Positions 1-10,103 are shown, counted from the first letter of the stretch. The stretch: DNA of 40,685 nt from Kiritimatiellia bacterium (GCA_051892815.1 JBJFGP010000185.1:1-40685); one strand, 5' to 3'. Numbers and translations: made by a program. Notes: a model not told the origin generated them from the letters alone.

Positions 1-657
1 AAAGTTATTCTCAATCCGAACACCCATTGCCTTGAGACCGTCAATCTCCTTCTGCACAATGCTCTTCGGAAGACGGAACTCCGGAATGCCGTAGACCAGC
101 ACCCCGCCATTCTTGTGGAACGCCTCAAAGACCGTCACCTCATGCCCCGCACGGCGCACATCGGCGGCAACCGTAATCCCCGCAGGGCCAGACCCGATGA
201 CCGCCACCTTGCGACCGGTCGAGGGCGAAATCTGCGGCTGAACCGGTGCCCCCTGATTGCGCTTCCAGTCCGCCACATAACGCTCCAACCGACCAATACC
301 GACCGATTTATCCACGCTCTTGAATATCTTCCCGACGGTGCAATCCTTTTGGCACTGCCGCTCCTGCGGGCAGACACGACCGCAAATCGCCGGAAGAATC
401 GAAGACTCCTGAATCGTGGCAAACGCCCCCTCATTGTCCCCCTGCGCAACCGCCGCAATGAACTTCGGGATATTGATCTGGACCGGGCAATTCTTCACAC
501 ACGGCGCCGCCGCGCAATTCAGGCAGCGACTGGCTTCGAGCCGCGCCTGTTCGTCCGAAAACCCCAACGCCACCTCGCGCATGTTCCGGCGGCGGATATT
601 GGGTTCCTGAGTGGGCATCTCCTGCGAAGGAATCGCCATACGCTCTTTGGGTGTCAT
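1..657 (-). CDS. nfnB: NfnB / NADPH-dependent glutamate synthase small-subunit-like (GltA/SudA) flavoprotein, N-terminal part; runs off window
   Basis: Own translation from ATG 657: MTPKERMAIPSQEMPTQEPNIRRRNMREVALGFSDEQARLEASRCLNCAAAPCVKNCPVQINIPKFI; later CGRVCPQERQCQ and GSGPAG motifs; directly downstream of nfnA. Confidence 0.9.
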   Translation of the reverse strand, partial: MTPKERMAIPSQEMPTQEPNIRRRNMREVALGFSDEQARLEASRCLNCAAAPCVKNCPVQINIPKFIAAVAQGDNEGAFATIQESSILPAICGRVCPQERQCQKDCTVGKIFKSVDKSVGIGRLERYVADWKRNQGAPVQPQISPSTGRKVAVIGSGPAGITVAADVRRAGHEVTVFEAFHKNGGVLVYGIPEFRLPKSIVQKEIDGLKAMGVRIENNF

Positions 658-671
658 CTCTTCCCTCCAGC

Positions 672-1520
672 CTACTGTTGCGCCTCGGCCCTATGGGCCA
701 TACGCTCCAAATTGCACAAATGATCCCGCTCCTGAGGTTTGAACGCCTTCAGCCGCTGCATCAGATTGTCAAAGTCCACCTGGTGCGCATCAAACTCAGG
801 ACCATCTACGCACACAAACCGCGTCTTCCCGCCGACCGAGACCCGGCATCCACCGCACATCCCCGTTCCGTCAATCATAATGGCATTGAGCGACGCCATC
901 GTATGAATCCCGAACGGTTTCGTCGTCAAAGCGCAGAACTTCATCATAATCGGCGGGCCAATCACCACCGCGCAATCAACCTTCTCCCGTTCGCACACCT
1001 CCTTCAACGGCACGGTCACCAAATCCTTCCGCCCGGCAGAACCGTCATCCGTCGTGGTAATCAACTCGTCCGCCACGCGCCGCATCTCCTCCTCAAGGAT
1101 TAGCAACTCCTTCGTGCGGGCGCCCATAATCACGATCACTCGGTTTCCGGCAGCCTTCATGGCCTGGGCAATCGGGTGCATCGGAGCCACGCCGATACCG
1201 CCCCCGACGCAAACCACCGTGCCATATTTGCGCACCTCGGTCGGGCGCCCGAGAGGTCCAAGGAATACCGGAAGTTCATCCCCGACATTCATTTCCGCCA
1301 AGCGGCGAGTCGTCGCTCCGACAGCCTGGAAGATAATCGTCACCCGCCCCGTCTGAGCATCAGCATCGGCAATCGTCAAGGGCACCCGTTCGCCAAAAGT
1401 ATCGGAAACCTGCAAGATGACAAACTGCCCAGCCTTGCGAGAGCGAGCAATCAGAGGAGCCTCAATATCCATGCGGTAGACTTCGGCCGAAAGCCGCGTC
1501 TTGGCTAGAATCTTATTCAT
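672..1520 (-). CDS. nfnA: NfnA / ferredoxin-NADP reductase subunit alpha (SudB/PyrK-like)
   Basis: KAGQFVILQ, ERVPLTIAD, GGGIGVAP, MIDGTGMCGGCRV...CVDGPEFD motifs; start moved to ATG of MNKILAK. Confidence 0.92.
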   Translation of the reverse strand: MNKILAKTRLSAEVYRMDIEAPLIARSRKAGQFVILQVSDTFGERVPLTIADADAQTGRVTIIFQAVGATTRRLAEMNVGDELPVFLGPLGRPTEVRKYGTVVCVGGGIGVAPMHPIAQAMKAAGNRVIVIMGARTKELLILEEEMRRVADELITTTDDGSAGRKDLVTVPLKEVCEREKVDCAVVIGPPIMMKFCALTTKPFGIHTMASLNAIMIDGTGMCGGCRVSVGGKTRFVCVDGPEFDAHQVDFDNLMQRLKAFKPQERDHLCNLERMAHRAEAQQ

Positions 1521-1564
1521 ACTGGAAATTCCACACATCAAACCAAACAAATCGCAATGCCTCC

Positions 1565-1593
1565 ATTCTAGTGAAGCCCCCGAAGCAATGCAA
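1565..1593 (-). promoter_or_regulatory. sigma70-type promoter of nfnAB
   Basis: TTGCAT-17bp-TAGAAT on minus strand upstream of nfnA. Confidence 0.6.
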
Positions 1594-1730
1594 GCCCAAA
1601 CTCCGTCCCCTGGCGGATTGAAAAGACCAACAGGGTGCTTTTAGCGGCACCTCCGTTGGTCTCTCAGGCAGCCAAGAGCAAGCGACCGGCCGCTTCTGTC
1701 CAAGGAAGGCGGACGGTCGGCACCTTGGAT

Positions 1731-3107
<1,377 letters not shown>

Positions 3108-3138
3108 TTATGCGGCCCCAATCAGGGGAACGCCACCC

Positions 3139-3168
3139 ATTCTATCCCATCTCCACTCCTTTTTGCAA
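3139..3168 (-). promoter_or_regulatory. sigma70-type promoter of gdhA
   Basis: TTGCAA-18bp-TAGAAT on minus strand ~60 bp upstream of ATG. Confidence 0.5.
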
Positions 3169-3445
3169 GGGATAATCCGCCCTAAGCCTCTTTTTTACAC
3201 CCTCCAAATTTGTCGTTTCAAACAATATCGCGCCAGTTAAAACACATCCGACATAAATGTCGCCCATTTATTCCCTAAAAGAGTTCCTTTTCCCCTGTTT
3301 GCCGCCTCTTTCCGTTCCTCCATAAAACTACGAGCAGCCACACCCATATTGAACAGAAGCCCAAAATGGAATACAATTTTGTTGCATTCCGCCACAAACC
3401 AAATTCGGGCACACCCTAGAAAGGATGCTCTTATACTCAAGTCAA

Positions 3446-3690
3446 GCCAACACAGCGAGTCGCTGGAACCTTTGTGACTCAACGGTTCCCAAGAGTCGGA
3501 ACAACAGATTGGTAGCAACTGGGGGAGTCAGTGACTATGAAGTGACGTTGCTCCAAGACTACCCCAACGAGGGCGCATAGACGCCAGACAACTAATAGCA
3601 AATGCGGGACGGCCGGAAGAAGCAGCCATCCCGTTTCAGCGCCGGAGGCTCAAACTGCATCCAGGTTGAGCCAAGCACAAAGGGCTAAAG
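3446..3690. ncRNA. candidate structured non-coding RNA (two tandem H-type pseudoknots plus hairpins), family and strand unknown
   Basis: Complementary segments 3465-3470/3484-3489 and 3476-3480/3493-3497; 3510-3519/3546-3554 and 3521-3529/3557-3565; hairpins 3605-3633 and 3647-3672; TATACT at 3432-3437; no credible ORF. Confidence 0.4.
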
Positions 3691-4476
3691 TCAAGTCAAA
3701 GGCTCGAAACCAAGCACATGCCGCATGGAGTAGAGCCCTGCCGGCTTGTCGGCGAGCCAGACGGCAGCCCGGACGGCTCCGACTGCGAAGGCCTCGCGCG
3801 AAGAGGCTTTATGGGTAATCTCCAATCGCTCCTGATCTGCCGCAAAGATGACGGTATGGTCGCCGACCACGGAGCCGCCGCGCAAGGCGTGAATGCCAAT
3901 CTCACCCCTCGGGCGCTCGCCTACGATACCTTCGCGACCGTAGATTGTCACCTCGGAAAGGTTGACCTGGCGGCCTTTGGCAAGGGCTTCGGCCAATCCC
4001 AAGGCGGTTCCACTGGGTGCATCCTTCTTGAGCCGATGGTGCATTTCGACAATCTCGGCATCGTAATCAGGGCCCAGGATGGTAGCCGCGCGGTTGACCA
4101 GTTCGAGCATCAGATTGATGCCGAGGCTATAGTTCGGCGCGAACACAAGAGGCATTACACGGGCAGTCTCTGCTATCAACCTTTTCTCGTCAGCGTCGAA
4201 CCCCGTCGTCCCCAAAACCATACGGACACCTGCCCTGGCGGCTTGCTTGAGGTGCGCCGCACTGGCAGTATGGAAGGTGAAGTCGATAATGACATCCGCG
4301 GCGGCGGGGAAGTCCGAACTATAGGGCAATTCGCGCCCAGGAACGGTCTGACCGATAAGCGGATGATCGGGACGGTCGACGGCGGCACAGAGGGTGGTCT
4401 GCGGGTTGCGGTCGACGCAGTCCATAAGAAACTGGCCCATGCGTCCGGCGGCACCCAAAACGGCGACTTTAAGCAT
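3691..4476 (-). CDS. dapB: 4-hydroxy-tetrahydrodipicolinate reductase
   Basis: MLKVAVLGAAGRMG, GTTG, EMHHRLKKDAPSGTA motifs; follows dapA. Confidence 0.96.
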   Translation of the reverse strand: MLKVAVLGAAGRMGQFLMDCVDRNPQTTLCAAVDRPDHPLIGQTVPGRELPYSSDFPAAADVIIDFTFHTASAAHLKQAARAGVRMVLGTTGFDADEKRLIAETARVMPLVFAPNYSLGINLMLELVNRAATILGPDYDAEIVEMHHRLKKDAPSGTALGLAEALAKGRQVNLSEVTIYGREGIVGERPRGEIGIHALRGGSVVGDHTVIFAADQERLEITHKASSREAFAVGAVRAAVWLADKPAGLYSMRHVLGFEPLT

Positions 4477-4490
4477 TGTTAGGCTCCCTT

Positions 4491-5360
4491 TTAGTGGATA
4501 ATTTGGGCGGCTCTCATAGTCGCGGCCAGCTTCTCGCGGTTGACAGGTGCGAGTTCGCACAGCGGCAAGCGGTAGACCTCGGGCATCTTACCCATTAGGG
4601 CGAGGGCTGCCTTGACGGGGACGGGATTGGTTTCTATGAAGAGGTCGCGGAAAAGGTGGTAGTAGCGGTCGTGGATGGCTAGGGCCTCGGCGAAGCGGTT
4701 CTCTGCGGCGAGGGCGCACAGTTGCGCCATTTCGGAGGGTATGATATTCGAGGCGACGCTGATGACGCCCTTTGCTCCGACAGCCATCATCGCCAACGCC
4801 AGGGAGTCGTCTCCGGAAAGGACTTCGAGCTGGCAAGCGGTACGAATGGCGCTGACGCGGTCTACGCTGCCGGCGGCTTCTTTGATTGCGACGATGGCCT
4901 CGTGGGTCGAGAGCCGCACGACGACATCCAAAGGAATCTCTTTGGAGGCACGCCCGGGAACGTTGTAGAGGATGACGGGAAGACCGAGGTCGGCAATGGT
5001 GGAGAAGTGGCGGTAGAGGCCTTCGCTACTAGGCTTATTATAGTAAGGAGTGACCTGGAGGGTTGCGTCGACGCCCATGGGAAGGACTTCGCGCGTGAGT
5101 TCGATTGCCTCGGCGGTCGAGTTGGCGCCGGTGCCGGCGATGACCTGGATTCGCTTGTCGACAATCTCGGCGGTGGTTTCAATCACCTTGAGGTGTTCGC
5201 GGTGGTCGAGGGTCGGGGATTCGCCTGTCGTGCCGACCGGAACGACGCCTGCGACGCCTGCGGCGACTTGCTCTTCGAGGAAGATGCGCAAGCGGCCGTA
5301 GTCGACCGAGCCATCTTCATTGAACGGCGTGACCATTGCCGTGTAGACGCCCTTGAACAT
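4491..5360 (-). CDS. dapA: 4-hydroxy-tetrahydrodipicolinate synthase
   Basis: GTTGESPTL, PYYNKP, LYNVPGR, IKEA, ETNPVPVK motifs. Confidence 0.97.
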   Translation of the reverse strand: MFKGVYTAMVTPFNEDGSVDYGRLRIFLEEQVAAGVAGVVPVGTTGESPTLDHREHLKVIETTAEIVDKRIQVIAGTGANSTAEAIELTREVLPMGVDATLQVTPYYNKPSSEGLYRHFSTIADLGLPVILYNVPGRASKEIPLDVVVRLSTHEAIVAIKEAAGSVDRVSAIRTACQLEVLSGDDSLALAMMAVGAKGVISVASNIIPSEMAQLCALAAENRFAEALAIHDRYYHLFRDLFIETNPVPVKAALALMGKMPEVYRLPLCELAPVNREKLAATMRAAQIIH

Positions 5361-5399
5361 GGGTTTCAATCCTATTGGTGGTGTATTCAGCGCGGATAC

Positions 5400-5434
5400 A
5401 AAAAAAGCCCCGGAAGTGGTGGTTCCGCGGCTTT
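5400..5434 (-). terminator. intrinsic terminator after tRNA-Cys
   Basis: AAAGCCGCGGAA-loop-TTCCGGGGCTTTTTTT on minus strand. Confidence 0.75.
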
Positions 5435-5438
5435 GAAG

Positions 5439-5512
5439 TGGAGGTGCGAAGCGGAGTCGAACCGCTGTACGAGGTTTTGCAGACCTCTGCCTAACCGCTC
5501 GGCCATCGCACC
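5439..5512 (-). tRNA. tRNA-Cys(GCA)
   Basis: GGTGCGATGGCCGAGCGGTTAGGCAGAGGTCTGCAAAACCTCGTACAGCGGTTCGACTCCGCTTCGCACCTCCA; cloverleaf, GCA anticodon, encoded CCA. Confidence 0.97.
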
Positions 5513-5523
5513 AAAAGGCGTGA

Positions 5524-5619
5524 TTACTTCTTCATCGCTTGGGCGTGACGATCGGCGATGCGACGCTTGTAGGCTTCGCGGCGACGGCGCTTGGCGACTT
5601 TTCTGTGTTGTTGTCCCAT
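5524..5619 (-). CDS. 31-aa highly basic small protein MGQQHRKVAKRRRREAYKRRIADRHAQAMKK
   Basis: Consensus promoter 10 nt upstream of ATG; codon usage like highly expressed genes; stop 11 nt before tRNA-Cys. Confidence 0.7.
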   Translation of the reverse strand: MGQQHRKVAKRRRREAYKRRIADRHAQAMKK

Positions 5620-5629
5620 AAGGCTTTTC

Positions 5630-5658
5630 AGTATAGCCGATTCGGGGCTCTTTGGCAA
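5630..5658 (-). promoter_or_regulatory. sigma70 promoter for small protein + tRNA-Cys
   Basis: TTGCCA-17bp-TATACT. Confidence 0.75.
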
Positions 5659-5700
5659 GCAGAAAGTTGCCCTTGCGGCAAGAAATTGTCGGGAGCCTAT

Positions 5701-5802
5701 CTCGGGCACCTCTGGGAGGAATAGGTTAGCGGGATTGGGGGCAGCGGGTTGCAAGGTCTGGGAGGCACTGATGGGTATCGACAAGGGGGTGAGGTAGGCA
5801 TC
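5701..5802. repeat. 23-bp-period array of degenerate 10-bp palindrome (5 units)
   Basis: CTCGGGCACC 5701, GGTTAGCGGG 5724, GGTTGCAAGG 5747, GATGGGTATC 5770, GGTAGGCATC 5793. Confidence 0.7.
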
Positions 5803-5847
5803 TTTCGGGGCGGAAGCGATTTTCTTGTGGGAGTCGCGAAAAAGCGT

Positions 5848-5878
5848 TTGACTTGGAGTGCACTCCAAGTGTTATAGT
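5848..5878 (+). promoter_or_regulatory. MerR-type promoter/operator (AdhR/NmlR-like)
   Basis: TTGACT-19bp-TATAGT with perfect palindrome ACTTGGAGTGCACTCCAAGT (5851-5870) over the long spacer. Confidence 0.92.
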
Positions 5879-5885
5879 GGATTGC

Positions 5886-6347
5886 ATGAAAGCCACCGAT
5901 TCCCATCCGGCACGGTTGATGCCGATTGCCGAAGCCGCGGCCCAGACGGGCTACAGCGCGGAGACGCTTAGGTTCTACGAGCGCGAGGGGCTCCTGCCGG
6001 GCATCAGGCGCGAGGGCGGCAAGCGCCGCTACTCGCCGTCCGACCTGCGCACCATCCGGCTCGTGGACTGCCTCAAGAAGACCGGCATGCCGCTGCGCGA
6101 AATCCGCCGCTACATCTCGCTAATTCCCAAGGGTGACCGCTCAGTCCCCCAACGCCTCGCCATGATGCGCCGTCAGCAGGAGGCGGTCGGGAAGCAGTTG
6201 GAAGAACTCCAGGCGTTCGCCGAGCATATCGCCTTCAAGGTGTGGCTCTACGAGACCGCGCTCAAGGAGGGCTTGAAGCAGATGGGCGACATCGACGCCT
6301 GCATCAAACGCTACCGGCAGGAGACCGGACGCCAGACCCGCTTTTAA
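5886..6347 (+). CDS. MerR-family regulator, AdhR/NmlR-like
   Basis: IAEAAAQTGYSAETLRFYEREGLL HTH; conserved Cys in VDCLKKTGMPL; ATG 7 nt after -10 (probably leaderless). Confidence 0.9.
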   Translation: MKATDSHPARLMPIAEAAAQTGYSAETLRFYEREGLLPGIRREGGKRRYSPSDLRTIRLVDCLKKTGMPLREIRRYISLIPKGDRSVPQRLAMMRRQQEAVGKQLEELQAFAEHIAFKVWLYETALKEGLKQMGDIDACIKRYRQETGRQTRF

Positions 6348-6365
6348 CCGAAAGGAAGTGCCCGT

Positions 6366-6932
6366 ATGAACAACCTGTTGAAGGAAGGAATCGTTATGAT
6401 CGGACTCGCCACCAGCCTGCTCGCCGCGCCCCCAAACGTCAGTCGAACCGCCGTCATCTACTACTCCTGGGGAGGCAACACCCGATTCGCCGCCGAGACC
6501 ATCGCCCGCAAGGCAAAAGCCGACCTCTTTCGCATCGAACCACAGGTCGCCTACAGCCGAGACTATGCCACCTGTTGCGACGAAGCCAAGCCCGAATGCC
6601 GTGGGAAAAAACAGCGTCCCATCAAGCCAATCGAAGGGCTCGAACTAAGCAAATACGACACCATCTTCGTGGGAAGTCCCAACTGGTGGGGTACCCTTGC
6701 GCCGCCCGTGCGCACTTGGATTACCCAGAATCAAGCCGCCCTCAAAGGCAAAAAAGTTGCCCTCTTCCAGACCCACGGAGGCGGCGGAATGCAACGCCTG
6801 GGAAGCGATTTCGCGGAACTCGTCGGGCCAAACTCCACGATTCTTCCGCCCAAAGCCTTCTACGGCTCCTCAATCAAGCGCGCCGTCCCTGATCTGGAAG
6901 CATTCGTCAACGAACGAATCAACCAAAAATAG
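6366..6932 (+). CDS. flavodoxin (Flavodoxin_4-like) with N-terminal signal-like segment
   Basis: YYSWGGNTR, YDTIFVGSPNWWGTLAPPV, FQTHGGGG. Confidence 0.85.
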   Translation: MNNLLKEGIVMIGLATSLLAAPPNVSRTAVIYYSWGGNTRFAAETIARKAKADLFRIEPQVAYSRDYATCCDEAKPECRGKKQRPIKPIEGLELSKYDTIFVGSPNWWGTLAPPVRTWITQNQAALKGKKVALFQTHGGGGMQRLGSDFAELVGPNSTILPPKAFYGSSIKRAVPDLEAFVNERINQK

Positions 6933-6939
6933 CCTCAAT

Positions 6940-8022
6940 ATGCCATCCTTTTCCCCAAAGACAGCCCTCCTCTACGGTCTGATGCTGACCTGCTGGAGCC
7001 CCGTGCCCCTGAACGCCGCCCCAAAGATTCCTGCCAACCTCACCATCGCAGAGCAAGGCTTCTTCGCCTCCGGCGGAAGCGTCACACCGCCCCTCCCCGG
7101 CGACTACGATCCGCGCCAAAACTGGCTCGACCCCACACGCGCCGGCAATACCGCGCATATCGACCACGCAAGCGTCTTCTACCAGGTTCCCAGCCAACCA
7201 ACCGGTGCACCAGTCGTCTTCCTCCACGGCTATGGACAGTCGAGACTTTGCTGGATGGCTACCCCAGACGGACGCCCTGGCTGGGCGCAAATCTTCCTCA
7301 AAGCAGGGCACCCCATCTACCTCGTCAACCAGCCCCGCCGAGGCCATGCAGGCGCTACAACACAAGCCAATCTCAGACGCGCGGTAGACGAATGCAAGCC
7401 CGGCGACCAGGCCTGGTATACGCACTTCCGTATCGGACGCGTACCGCCCGAACGCTATTCCGAAAGCCAATTCCCCGAAGGCCCGGGCGCCTTGAACCAG
7501 TTCCTGCGCCAAGCCACCCCAAACACCGGGCCGTACGACGAAAACCTCTTCGGAGAAACCCTCGCCGCCGTCCTTTCGGATGTACGGACGCGGACTGGTC
7601 GCAAGAGCGTCTACATCACCCACTCGCAAGGAAGCCGCATCGGCTGGAACACGCCGGTGGGGGACATTGCCGCCATCATCGCCATCGAACCGGGAGGTAC
7701 CCCGCCCATCGGCGGCAAGCATTTCCGGAAATTGCTCCAAGCAAAGATTCCCATTCTTTTGCTCTTTGGGGATTACATCGACAATGGCCCTGCCGACATT
7801 GCCTCCACTGCTTTCTGGCGGAATATCCGCAACACGGCCCGCACCTTCGCCAAAGCCTACCGCGCGGCAGGTGGGAAGGCAGAGTGCATGGACTTGCCTG
7901 CGATGGGCATCAAGGGTAACAGCCACTTTCTCTTCCAGGAACGCAACAATGACACAATAGCCCGCCTTGCCTTGGAATGGCTGGCAAAGCCAGAAACCAC
8001 GCGAAAGGAACGCAATCCATGA
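6940..8022 (+). CDS. exported alpha/beta hydrolase
   Basis: VFLHGYGQS, WMATPDGRPGW, THSQG nucleophile elbow, GIKGNSHFLFQE; start moved to ATG 6940. Confidence 0.85.
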   Translation: MPSFSPKTALLYGLMLTCWSPVPLNAAPKIPANLTIAEQGFFASGGSVTPPLPGDYDPRQNWLDPTRAGNTAHIDHASVFYQVPSQPTGAPVVFLHGYGQSRLCWMATPDGRPGWAQIFLKAGHPIYLVNQPRRGHAGATTQANLRRAVDECKPGDQAWYTHFRIGRVPPERYSESQFPEGPGALNQFLRQATPNTGPYDENLFGETLAAVLSDVRTRTGRKSVYITHSQGSRIGWNTPVGDIAAIIAIEPGGTPPIGGKHFRKLLQAKIPILLLFGDYIDNGPADIASTAFWRNIRNTARTFAKAYRAAGGKAECMDLPAMGIKGNSHFLFQERNNDTIARLALEWLAKPETTRKERNP

Positions 8023-10103
8023 ACCCAATTCTGGCAACCGCACTTGCCGCAACGGCGGCAACCCTTCATACGGGGGAAATCAAACTTTCGGATGGATGGG
8101 ACAAAACCTTTCCCAAGTCCAGCAAGGTTGAACACGCCAAGGTGACATTCAAGAACCGCTTCGGCATCATCCTAGCCGCGGATGTCTACAAGCCCAAGGA
8201 GGCGAAAGGGAAGCTGGCTGCCCTTGCGGTCTGCGGGCCCTTTGGCGCGGTGAAGGAGCAAGCCAGCGGTCTCTACGCGCAAACGCTTGCCGAGCGGGGA
8301 TTCCTGACCATTGCCTTTGACCCTTCCTACACGGGAGAGTCAGGCGGGGGACCTCGCCATGTCACCTCTGTCGACCTTTCTACGGAGGACTTTTCTGCGG
8401 CTATTGACTACCTGTCGACCCGTAGGGATGCGGATGCGGGGCGGATAGGAATCGTGGGAATTTGCGGCTGGGGAGGCTTTGCGCTCAATGCCGCCGCTGT
8501 GGACACGCGAATCCAAGCAACGGTGGCGGTGACGCTGTATGATATGCACCGGCTGATTGCCAAGGGCTACAACGATTCCGCCGATTCTCCGGCGGCGCGG
8601 CGGGCTATCCGCGAGCGGCTGTCGAAGCAACGGACGGCCGATGCGCGGTCTCACCTGCCGCCCTGCCGCGCGGGCGGGGTGGTGGACCCTTTGCCCGCAG
8701 ATGCGCCCCAATTTGTCCGGGACTACCATGCCTATTACAAAACGCCCCGCGGCTTCCATTCCCGCTCGCTCAATTCGACGGAGGGGTTCAATCTGTCGTC
8801 GCGGCTCGCGCTTGTCAACACGCCGATTCTCGCCTATGCGGAGGAGATTGAAAGTGCGGCTCTGGTGGTGCATGGCGAGTTGGCGCACAGCCGATACTTT
8901 GACGAGACGGTCTTTGCGCGGCTGAAGGGTTCGAACAAGGAGTTGCTCATCGTGCCGGGGGCTTCGCACTGCGATCTCTACGACGGTGGCGGCAAGGGAG
9001 CGATTCCTTTTGATGCCATCGAGGCCTTTCTCCGCAAGCACCTTTCGGGGCGGGCAGAAAGGAAGCCGGCACCACAAGAGGTTGGCAAGATCGCCCCGGC
9101 GGAGTTGACGCCGCGCGAGACGGCGCTTGCGAATGTCGGGGCGGCGACGGCGCTCGGCGACGAGGGTCTTCTGAGGGTATCTTTTGACGCTTGCTTTGAC
9201 GCCGGCGTGACGCTTTCGGAGGCGAAAGAGGCGGTCGGGCACCTCTACGCCTATTGCGGTTTCCCGCGCGCGCTCAATGCCGCTTCGGTATTGATGAAGT
9301 GTGCGGCGGAACGGCATCCGACGGTCGGCGAGGAGGGGCCCGAACCCTTCGTCCTGAGGGACTCTTTCGAGGTGGGTTCCTCCAACCAGACGCGCCTGTG
9401 CGGACGCGAGATCAAGGGCGGTCTCTTTGACTTCCACCCGCAGCTCGACGCCTATCTCAAGGCACATCTCTTTGGCGATTTGTTCAACCGGAAACTCTTG
9501 GATTGGCGCACGCGGGAACTGCTCACCATTGCGGCGTTGGCGGCATGTCCGGAGACCGCCCCGCAGTTGAAGTCGCACCTGGCGGTGGGCAGGCTCAACG
9601 GCATTTCCGAGGCGCAGGCGGAGGCGATTCTCCGCCGCGTCCGCCGTCCCGAAGCCCCTGAAAGTCTGCCGCGGAACTGGTCGTCCATCCCCGTCGGGAA
9701 GCCCAACCTCGCCTACTCGGCGCACTTTACCGGACGGAGTTATCGGCACCCATTGGCGACGCGTCCGGTCGGGTCGGCCGGGGTCTCATTCGAGCCATCC
9801 TGCCGCAACGATTGGCATATTCACCGGGCCGACTCGGGCGGCGGTCAAATCCTCATCGTCACGGCGGGAACGGGGCTCTACCAGGAGTGGGGACGCCCCG
9901 CGCGGAAACTCGTCAAGGGCGAGGCCGTCTTCATTGCCCCGGCTGTCAAACACTGGCACGGCGCCGCGCCGGACAAGTGGTTCCAGCACATCGCCATTGA
10001 GGTCCCCGGCACGAACGCTTCAACCCAGTGGCTTGAGCGGGTCGCGGACGCCGACTACCTCAAAGCCGCGCAAGAGGCCCAAGCGATTCCTGCCAACCTT
10101 TAG
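8019..10103 (+). CDS. fusion: YcjY-like alpha/beta hydrolase + carboxymuconolactone decarboxylase (CMD/AhpD-like) + cupin
   Basis: GPFGAVKEQ, GICGWGG, ASHCDLYD; then LYAYCGFPRALNA and AHLFGDLF; then FEPSCRNDWHIH...GGGQILI...KHWHGA; ATGA overlap with upstream gene. Confidence 0.85.
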   Translation: MNPILATALAATAATLHTGEIKLSDGWDKTFPKSSKVEHAKVTFKNRFGIILAADVYKPKEAKGKLAALAVCGPFGAVKEQASGLYAQTLAERGFLTIAFDPSYTGESGGGPRHVTSVDLSTEDFSAAIDYLSTRRDADAGRIGIVGICGWGGFALNAAAVDTRIQATVAVTLYDMHRLIAKGYNDSADSPAARRAIRERLSKQRTADARSHLPPCRAGGVVDPLPADAPQFVRDYHAYYKTPRGFHSRSLNSTEGFNLSSRLALVNTPILAYAEEIESAALVVHGELAHSRYFDETVFARLKGSNKELLIVPGASHCDLYDGGGKGAIPFDAIEAFLRKHLSGRAERKPAPQEVGKIAPAELTPRETALANVGAATALGDEGLLRVSFDACFDAGVTLSEAKEAVGHLYAYCGFPRALNAASVLMKCAAERHPTVGEEGPEPFVLRDSFEVGSSNQTRLCGREIKGGLFDFHPQLDAYLKAHLFGDLFNRKLLDWRTRELLTIAALAACPETAPQLKSHLAVGRLNGISEAQAEAILRRVRRPEAPESLPRNWSSIPVGKPNLAYSAHFTGRSYRHPLATRPVGSAGVSFEPSCRNDWHIHRADSGGGQILIVTAGTGLYQEWGRPARKLVKGEAVFIAPAVKHWHGAAPDKWFQHIAIEVPGTNASTQWLERVADADYLKAAQEAQAIPANL

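Noticed and set aside
3446-3690. tmRNA, SRP RNA, RNase P RNA or MITE
   Set aside because: No acceptor/T-arm or credible tag peptide; CCGGAAGAAGCAGCC lacks the SRP CAGG-stem-GNRA layout; no GAGGAAAGTCC; no terminal inverted repeats, so the 9-bp direct repeat may be chance
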